From positions 4,194-68,193 of the forward strand of contig JBJESV010000094.1 in assembly GCA_051882975.1 (NCBI GenBank): a DNA stretch of 64,000 nt, in the 5' to 3' direction. Origin of the DNA: Emergencia sp. GTDB lineage: Bacteria > Bacillota > Clostridia > Peptostreptococcales > Anaerovoracaceae. The first letter of the stretch is position 1. Every line of letters begins with the position of its first letter. A program made the translations under genes and the position numbers. Shown here piece by piece: positions 57,853-64,000 of the stretch. Below the pieces are notes generated by a model that ran no database searches, had not been told where the DNA came from, and saw only the letters and a program-made list of their open reading frames with translations.

Positions 57853-60606
57853 TTACTGATCCTTCTTTCCGAAAATGATCTTCATGCCCCGTTTTGCTGC
57901 ATAAGGCAGGATGGCCTTGAACTTGTCCTCTGCCTTGTACATTCTGCTAGCCTCCGGAAGCACCCTCTTCAGGTGAATGGCGTCGAACTCGCACTTGGTG
58001 GTGCAGACGCCGCAGCCGATGCACCGGTTCTGGTCCACTACAGATGCACCGCAGCCCAGGCACCTTGCCGTCTCCGCTTTCACCTGTTCTTCTGTAAAGG
58101 TCAGATGGGCGTCCCGGAAGGATGTTCTCTGGTCGATGGAAGGATCCGTCGGCGGAATCTGACGGCCTCCCCGGTCATAGCTTTCCAGACTGATATTCTC
58201 TTTATTCAGTTCTATGAACTGACGGCGGTTTCTTCCGATAGTCAGACTGCTCTGCGGCTGAACAAAACGGTGTATGGACACAGCGCCCTCCTTGCCTGCC
58301 GCAATGGCATCGATGGCAAATTTCGGTCCGGTGAGGACATCGCCTCCCGCAAAGATATCCGGTTCTGCAGTCTGGAAGGTGACAGGGTCTGCTGCGATCC
58401 GTCCTGCACCGTCAGTCTCTGCTTTTGATCCCGCCAGGAGTTCTCCCCAGCGGACGGCCTGACCGATGCTCAGATACACATGGTCGCAGGCGACGGTCAC
58501 CGTCTCCGTCTCATCATACACCGGAGCAAACCTGCCCGCTTCATCGAATACGGAAAGGCACTTTTTCAGCACGATGCCGCTGACATGTCCGTTTTCCGTC
58601 AGGATTTCCTTCGGACCCCAGCCGCAGTTTACAGTTACATTCTCCGACAGGGCTTCTGCGATTTCTTCTTCTGACGCAGGCATCTCCCCTCTGCTCTCCA
58701 GACAGAACATGGATACCTCCGCTGCCCCGCAGCGTACGCTGGTCCTCGCTGCATCGACGGCAACATTGCCTCCGCCGATGACTGCGACTCTGCCTGCAGA
58801 CTGGCCGGAAACCTCACCGGACAGATTTTCCGAGGCAACGCTGCGCAGGAAAGCCTGTGCGGTCATAACACCTTCCGCATCCTCTCCCGGGATACCGGCC
58901 TTTCTGCCGTCCTGGCAGCCGATGGCGATATAAAAGGCTTTGTAGCCCTGTGCTCTCAGCTCGTCCAGAGTGATGTCGCTGCCCACCTCGATGCCGCAGC
59001 GGATCTCCACGCCCATCTGACGAATGACATCGATTTCGGCATCCACCACATCTTTCTCCAGCTTATAGGACGGGATTCCATATGTAAGCATGCCGCCCGG
59101 CTTAGGGCTTTTTTCAAAGACCGTCGGTCTGTAGCCCTTTTCCGCCAGATAGAAGGCGCAGGAAAGGCCTGCCGGACCGGCTCCGATGATGGCGATCTTC
59201 TCTGTAAACGGTCCCCTGTTGGACGGCTGAATCACCGGCGGGATATAGCGGGTTTCTGCATCCAGATCCTTCTGGGCGATGAACTTTTTGACCTCGTCGA
59301 TGGCCACGGCCTCATCGACGGTTCCCCGGGTGCAGGCCTCCTCGCAGCGGCGGTTGCAGACTCTGCCGCAGACTGCCGGGAACGGATTCTCTTTTTTGAT
59401 CAGAGCCAGGGCTTCCGTATATCTGCCCTGGGAAGCCATGTTCAGATAACCCTGTACCGCAATATGGGCAGGACATGCTGTCTTGCACGGAGCCGTACCT
59501 GTATCGTAGCAGTTGATTCTGTTTCTGTCTCTGTAGTCCTCGGACCACTTCTCCGGCCCCCATTTCACTCTGTCAGGCAGCTCCTGCTTCGGATATTCCA
59601 CAGGCCCGTCCTTTGTGCACAGCTTCTGTCCCAGCTTTACCGCACCTGCCGGGCAGTGTTCCACGCACCGTCCGCAGGCCACGCAGTTTTCTGTCTTCGT
59701 TTCAGCCACATAGGCGGACCGGGACATGTTCGGCGTGTTGAAGAGCTGCGATGTCCGCAGAGCATAACAGACGTTGACATTGCAGTTGCAGATGCCGAAG
59801 ATTTTGTTCTCCCCGTCGATATTGGTGATCTGATGGACAAATCCGTTGTCCTCTGCCCGCTGCAGGATCTCCAGGACCTCTTCTCTTGTGATGTAGTGTC
59901 CCCGGTCGGTGTCCACCAGGTAGTCAGCCATGTCTCCCACGCCGATGCACCAGTCTTCCACATCATCGGCACATCCTTCTCCCATGACCTTGCGGGACAT
60001 ACGGCAGGAACACGGACTTGCCGCATATTTTCCGTCATATTTATCCAGCCAGTGGGAGATATGCTCCACCGGAACCGACTGGTTCTCCATCTCGATGGCC
60101 TTCTCCACCGGAATCACATGCATGCCGATGCCTGCACCGCCCGGCGGAACCATAGCGGTGACCTTTTCCAGGGGCAGGCGGGACATTCTCTCGAAGAAAT
60201 GGGCCAGCTCCGGGTGCTCCTCCAGCTGCTGCGCATTCATGTTGGTGAATTCCGCACTGCCCGGCACAAACATAGGCAGGACGTACTGCTTCTCCCGTTT
60301 CGGGTTTTCCCAGTTGTATTCCAGCAGACCCACCACGCACATATCGAAGAGCAGCTTCTCCAGCTTTTCCTCCTCCATGCCGGTGGCCTGAACCAGCTGA
60401 GGCAGTGTCATAGGATTTCTCACCTTCATCTTCAGGGCCACATCTGCCATCTCATCGGTGACCACGCAGGCAAGACCCCAGTATTCCGGATCGTCTGCAG
60501 TGACCTTGTGTCCGATTCTGTCTGTGATCATCTGACCCAGCTGCAGAATTTTCTCTCTCACCGGCTCCTGAGGGAGATCCGGCTTATATCCTCTGTACTT
60601 ATCCAT
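57853..60606 (-). CDS. 917-aa Fe-S flavoprotein: Cys-rich N-terminal domain + ferredoxin + GltD/SudA-like FAD/NAD(P)H module + C-terminal ferredoxin
   Basis: CSCR and ICNCNVNVC; CVACGRCVEHCP; APCKTACP...CGRVCNRRCEEAC; IIGAGPAG; IGGGNVA; RCLGC; CIGCGVCTTKC. Start at 60606, 2 nt after the hypB stop, GGAG RBS. Confidence 0.88.
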   Translation of the reverse strand: MDKYRGYKPDLPQEPVREKILQLGQMITDRIGHKVTADDPEYWGLACVVTDEMADVALKMKVRNPMTLPQLVQATGMEEEKLEKLLFDMCVVGLLEYNWENPKREKQYVLPMFVPGSAEFTNMNAQQLEEHPELAHFFERMSRLPLEKVTAMVPPGGAGIGMHVIPVEKAIEMENQSVPVEHISHWLDKYDGKYAASPCSCRMSRKVMGEGCADDVEDWCIGVGDMADYLVDTDRGHYITREEVLEILQRAEDNGFVHQITNIDGENKIFGICNCNVNVCYALRTSQLFNTPNMSRSAYVAETKTENCVACGRCVEHCPAGAVKLGQKLCTKDGPVEYPKQELPDRVKWGPEKWSEDYRDRNRINCYDTGTAPCKTACPAHIAVQGYLNMASQGRYTEALALIKKENPFPAVCGRVCNRRCEEACTRGTVDEAVAIDEVKKFIAQKDLDAETRYIPPVIQPSNRGPFTEKIAIIGAGPAGLSCAFYLAEKGYRPTVFEKSPKPGGMLTYGIPSYKLEKDVVDAEIDVIRQMGVEIRCGIEVGSDITLDELRAQGYKAFYIAIGCQDGRKAGIPGEDAEGVMTAQAFLRSVASENLSGEVSGQSAGRVAVIGGGNVAVDAARTSVRCGAAEVSMFCLESRGEMPASEEEIAEALSENVTVNCGWGPKEILTENGHVSGIVLKKCLSVFDEAGRFAPVYDETETVTVACDHVYLSIGQAVRWGELLAGSKAETDGAGRIAADPVTFQTAEPDIFAGGDVLTGPKFAIDAIAAGKEGAVSIHRFVQPQSSLTIGRNRRQFIELNKENISLESYDRGGRQIPPTDPSIDQRTSFRDAHLTFTEEQVKAETARCLGCGASVVDQNRCIGCGVCTTKCEFDAIHLKRVLPEASRMYKAEDKFKAILPYAAKRGMKIIFGKKDQ

Positions 60607-60608
60607 GG

Positions 60609-61286
60609 TTACTTCTCCTGTTCTTTCCATTTCCTCACCTGCTCTGCAAGCCATGCAGTCCAGGCATCCATGCCTTCTCCGGTCTTCGCGCTGACCGGGA
60701 AGATCTCAGCTTTCGGATTTCTCATGTGGATGTATTCTATGCATTTTTCCACGTCGAAATCGAAATACGGCAATACGTCTGTCTTGTTAATGAGCACCGC
60801 ATCGCATACGGTGAACATCAGCGGGTATTTCAGAGGTTTGTCATGTCCCTCCGGAACCGACAGAATCATGGCGTTTTTTACCGCACCGGTATCAAATTCG
60901 GCAGGGCAGACCAGATTTCCCACGTTCTCCAGGACAACCAGATCCGCATCTCCTGCCGCCAGTCCCTCCATGCCCTGTCGCGTCATATCCGCATCCAGGT
61001 GACACATGCCTCCGGTATGCAGCTGGATGGTCTGCACTCCTGCCTGTGAAACGGTCTGTGCGTCCACATCGGAGTCGATATCCGCCTCCATGACGGCAAT
61101 CTTCAGCTGATCTCTCAGTGCATCAATGGTCCGCATCAGGGTGGTGGTCTTCCCCGATCCCGGTGATGACATGAGGTTCAGGAGAAATACACCTTTTTCT
61201 TTCAGTTCCTTTCTCAGAAGATCCGCCCTGGCATCGTTGTCGGCGAAAACACTCTTTTTGATCTCAAGCACTTTATACTCTTTCAT
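60609..61286 (-). CDS. hypB: Nickel-insertion GTPase HypB
   Basis: NLMSSPGSGKTT, GGMCHLDA (Ni-binding CH), ENVGNLVCPAEFDTG, INKTD, SAKTG. Confidence 0.95.
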   Translation of the reverse strand: MKEYKVLEIKKSVFADNDARADLLRKELKEKGVFLLNLMSSPGSGKTTTLMRTIDALRDQLKIAVMEADIDSDVDAQTVSQAGVQTIQLHTGGMCHLDADMTRQGMEGLAAGDADLVVLENVGNLVCPAEFDTGAVKNAMILSVPEGHDKPLKYPLMFTVCDAVLINKTDVLPYFDFDVEKCIEYIHMRNPKAEIFPVSAKTGEGMDAWTAWLAEQVRKWKEQEK

Positions 61287-61311
61287 AGCCTGTTCCTCTT
61301 TCTCAATTTAT

Positions 61312-61365
61312 CGTGGCTGTACCAGTGTTTGTTAATATGTTATCATTGTCAAAATAGACTGTCAA
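61312..61365 (-). promoter_or_regulatory. hypB operon promoter with a downstream FadR-type operator
   Basis: TTGACA (61360-65)-17 nt-TAACAT (61337-42); operator CTGGTACAGCCAC (61313-25) just past the predicted +1. Confidence 0.7.
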
Positions 61366-61396
61366 TTACCGGAGCCCTGTAATCGAGCGGTTTCAG

Positions 61397-61451
61397 TTGA
61401 ATGTACTGCGGAAATATGATAAAATCATCACGTGGTATCTGGTATAGCCAC
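61397..61451 (+). promoter_or_regulatory. GntR/FadR gene promoter with a second operator copy
   Basis: TTGAAT (61397-402)-17 nt-TAAAAT (61420-25); CTGGTATAGCCAC at 61439-51. Confidence 0.65.
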
Positions 61452-61533
61452 AGTCAGAGCGCAAAAATAAGGCACAGAATACCCGCAAGCAGCGGAGAAG
61501 AAACTGAGAAAAGAGCATGAAAGGAAGGAAATT

Positions 61534-62241
61534 ATGGAATTCAGCAGACTATCGGCGCCCAGCCTGAAGGATCTTTTTATCAAGCAGCTGCAGGGCATGA
61601 TCCTGTCGGGAGAACTGCCCGTCGGTACCAGACTTCCTCCCGAACGGGAGCTGGCGCAGCAGATGCAGGTCAGCCGCGCAGTCATCAACGGAGGGCTCAA
61701 TGAACTTGAGAAACAGGGATTTCTGGAAATAATCCCCCGTCAGGGCACCTTTGTGACGGACTACAGAAGGACGGGGAGTCTTACCACTCTCACCGCCATC
61801 ATGGAATATCAGGGAGGTGTTCTGGGAAATGGAGAGATCCTTTCCATCCTGGAAGTACGCCGTGCTCTGGAACATCTGGTCGTCCAGCGTACCATAGAAT
61901 CGGCCTCTGACGAAGAGATCAGCGGACTTGGAGAAATCGCGGCCCGTCTTCGCAAAGCCAGGACTCCCGAAGAAGCGGCAGAAACCGCCTTTCAGTTCCA
62001 GCATGAGCTGGCTCTGATCAGCGGTAACTGCATCGTTCCGTTATTCTATTATTCTTTCAAAGCGCCTGTCATCACCATGTGGATCCGGTTCTGCAGGCTG
62101 TACGGCATTGAAGCGCTCTGCAGCAATGCTGAAACGCTGTACTATCACATCTGCTCCAGAAATCTGCCTGCAGCCTCAGCATGGATCGACGACTATCTGG
62201 AAAAAGCCATCAGCGGCAGCCAGCAGATCTATGAGCGCTAA
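61534..62241 (+). CDS. GntR-family regulator, FadR subfamily
   Basis: GTRLPPERELAQQMQVSRAVI wHTH; ILEVRRALE...FQHELALISGN FCD-like domain; divergent from hypB. Confidence 0.92.
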   Translation: MEFSRLSAPSLKDLFIKQLQGMILSGELPVGTRLPPERELAQQMQVSRAVINGGLNELEKQGFLEIIPRQGTFVTDYRRTGSLTTLTAIMEYQGGVLGNGEILSILEVRRALEHLVVQRTIESASDEEISGLGEIAARLRKARTPEEAAETAFQFQHELALISGNCIVPLFYYSFKAPVITMWIRFCRLYGIEALCSNAETLYYHICSRNLPAASAWIDDYLEKAISGSQQIYER

Positions 62242-62693
62242 ATTCTGCTGCTCCACACTCTGTAAGCGATAAAGTAGGTGATCAGCTGCAGATAGATGGC
62301 AGCGATGACCAGAAGGGACGGCACCACATAACCCAGTCCCACCAGGACAAAGGCCAGTACGGCGAAGGTGATCACGCCGCTTACAGCGACGATGGACATG
62401 GTCTTCTCCATGAGACGGACATTCCGCTCGTCGTTTTTTTCGATCTCCTTCTCCTTTTTCTTTTCCGGCGACATGAAACGGTCGCGGAGCTCGAAGAACA
62501 CCGCAAGGGCCAGCAGGCCTGTACCTGCACCGGAGAACATGCCTGCCAGCATGGACAGATTGTGCTGGCTTTCCTCCAAGCAGCTGTTGAAGACGATGCC
62601 GAAAATCAGGCTGAAGATGCCTGCGGCAAATACAGCAATCCTCATGATCTTTTCTGCTTTTTTATCTCCTGTTCCACAAATTCTGCATAACAT
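62238..62693 (-). CDS. Four-TM membrane protein paired with an XRE regulator
   Basis: TM pairs around KEKEIEKNDERN motif; ATG at 62693 behind GAGGAGG. Confidence 0.65.
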   Translation of the reverse strand: MLCRICGTGDKKAEKIMRIAVFAAGIFSLIFGIVFNSCLEESQHNLSMLAGMFSGAGTGLLALAVFFELRDRFMSPEKKKEKEIEKNDERNVRLMEKTMSIVAVSGVITFAVLAFVLVGLGYVVPSLLVIAAIYLQLITYFIAYRVWSSRI

Positions 62694-62694
62694 T

Positions 62695-62895
62695 TTACAA
62701 ATCCTCCTCATAGATAAATATCTCTTCGATGGTCATGCCGAAGTATCTTGCGATCTTGAACGCCAGCAGGATGGACGGGTTGTACTTCCCGTTTTCCAGT
62801 GAGCTGATGGTCTGCCTGGACACTTCCAGCGCCTTTGCCAGCTCGTCCTGCCTGATTCCTCTGGCTGACCTGATCTCTTCAAGTCTGTTTTTCAT
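62695..62895 (-). CDS. XRE/Cro-C1 family HTH regulator
   Basis: MKNRLEEIR...QDELAKALEVSRQTISSLENGKYNPSILLAFKIA. Confidence 0.93.
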   Translation of the reverse strand: MKNRLEEIRSARGIRQDELAKALEVSRQTISSLENGKYNPSILLAFKIARYFGMTIEEIFIYEEDL

Positions 62896-62916
62896 ATTGG
62901 AAACCCCTTCATCATG

Positions 62917-62980
62917 ATGTAAAGTTAACTTTACATAAACTATACATCTTTTTCTTCTTCATGTCAAGCTTACTTTACAT
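62917..62980 (-). promoter_or_regulatory. XRE promoter with two palindromic operators
   Basis: Perfect 20-bp palindrome ATGTAAAGTTAACTTTACAT (62917-36); imperfect copy ATGTCAAGCTTACTTTACAT (62961-80) overlapping TTGACA; -10 TATAGT at 17 nt. Confidence 0.75.
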
Positions 62981-63050
62981 TTTTGCTTCAAAAAACACAA
63001 AAAAAGAGACGGCAAGCAAAAATCCGTCTCTTTTCTGTGCGTTCTCTATG

Positions 63051-64000
63051 TTATTCTACTATGCGTCTTACAGTGATGACCGGTCCGGTATAGCTGGCTC
63101 CGGTTACTGCAATTCCCATACCCTCATTGACAGCATGAACAATCATTCCGCCGCCGATATAAATACCTACGTGTCCGTAGTGGCATACCAGATCTCCAGG
63201 CCGCGCCTCAGCCAGGGAGACTTCTCTGCCGTAGTTTCTCATAGCATCGGCATCGTGCGCCATTATGATGCCGAAGTGCTTATAGACAGCCATAACGAAA
63301 CCGGAACAGTCTGCACCCTTTGTCAGGCTGCTTCCGCCGTATACATACGGATTGCCGACAAATTTCAGTGCGTAGCTGGCGATGGCCTGGCCGTCTCCGT
63401 CATAGGTCCTGCCGCCTGTCGGTGCAGACAGTGTGCCTGTCCCTTTGACGACAATCTCCTTCTTCGGAGATTTCAGGATCTCTGAAGCCTGAACCTCACT
63501 CTCGATCACCTTTCCGTTCTCGGTGGTGACCAGTTCCGTCACCTGCTTCTTTCCGTAGACACCTTCCTGCTTGACAACAGTGGTGTTCAGCAGAACACTG
63601 GACGATTTCTCAGTAACTGTCTCGTATTTTATCTTCTTCTCAGAAGTGATCAGCTGAGTTACCGTCACATTGACCATCGGTCTGGTCTGATAGAGTTTCA
63701 GTTCATCTCCCGGGAACATGACCGCGATGCTTTCCACATCCGTGTCGTTCATCTCCGCCAGTTCCTCCACCGTGAAGCCATGGCTTTCAGCAATACTCCA
63801 TGCGCTGTCTCCGCTCTTCACCGTGTAGGTGACTTTCTCCCGTGTACCTGACAGGATATAGTCCACTGTTTCATCCACAGCTGCGGTTTCGGGGCGGTCG
63901 TAGATCCTGTAGGTCTGCTGCTCCACCGTCATTTCCGGTGTGCAGGAGATCGCCCTGACCTCGGCGCCCTCAGTGATATAATGGTTTTTCACATCTCTGA
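63051..64000 (-). CDS. LysM-G5-NlpC/P60 peptidoglycan endopeptidase, 5' end outside the window
   Basis: YTVKSGDSAWSIA (LysM); VKQEGVYG...EIVVKGT (G5); PYVYGG...DCSGFV...GHVGIY...VHA (NlpC/P60); frame open to the window edge. Confidence 0.9.
   Translation of the reverse strand, partial: RDVKNHYITEGAEVRAISCTPEMTVEQQTYRIYDRPETAAVDETVDYILSGTREKVTYTVKSGDSAWSIAESHGFTVEELAEMNDTDVESIAVMFPGDELKLYQTRPMVNVTVTQLITSEKKIKYETVTEKSSSVLLNTTVVKQEGVYGKKQVTELVTTENGKVIESEVQASEILKSPKKEIVVKGTGTLSAPTGGRTYDGDGQAIASYALKFVGNPYVYGGSSLTKGADCSGFVMAVYKHFGIIMAHDADAMRNYGREVSLAEARPGDLVCHYGHVGIYIGGGMIVHAVNEGMGIAVTGASYTGPVITVRRIVE

Noticed and set aside
57853-60606. Possible selenocysteine recoding in the flavoprotein
   Set aside because: The reading frame is continuous with no in-frame TGA.
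59464-61002. Long antisense ORFs (59464-61002, 15152-16582, 22044-23366, 28631-29716, 39898-40863 and similar)
   Set aside because: Shadow frames opposite clear genes, expected with GC-rich codon usage; no motifs.
57505-61286. Calling a [NiFe]-hydrogenase or glutamate synthase locus
   Set aside because: No hydrogenase subunits or hypCDEF, and no GltB partner; the flavoprotein has large extra domains.

Overview
Mostly core-chromosomal DNA of a moderately GC-rich Clostridia-class Firmicute, probably an amino-acid-fermenting anaerobe (taxonomy inferred from gene content). Most genes are on the minus strand. Housekeeping content: a six-tRNA operon (Met-Val-Asp-His-Gln-Cys), single tRNA-Pro and tRNA-Leu genes, tig-clpP-clpX-lon-yihA, lgt-ychF, hom-udk, dapB, deoC, ftsH, uvrC, two D,D-carboxypeptidases and serA/serC. 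Accessory or unexplained blocks: (1) a FadR-regulated operon hypB - 917-aa Fe-S flavoprotein - hypA - DUF5692-like membrane protein with no hydrogenase or urease genes, a candidate undescribed nickel-dependent redox system and the best lead in this window; (2) an 11-gene Tad/Flp-like pilus locus with four leaderless pilin-like genes and a phage-type activator at its head; (3) a 195-bp-period duplication of the tRNA-Leu 3' end enclosing a 106-bp hairpin element; (4) integrase arm-site-like repeats behind tRNA-Cys; (5) an AT-rich islet with a broken Zn-dependent phospholipase C and a PadR/membrane-partner/secreted-protein cassette; (6) an ApgM-family metalloenzyme gene directly behind serC where serB is absent; (7) a repeat-rich, unexplained 680-bp intergenic region. 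No CRISPR array, rRNA, transposase or integrase was found. Family names are recognised from sequence motifs, not from database searches.
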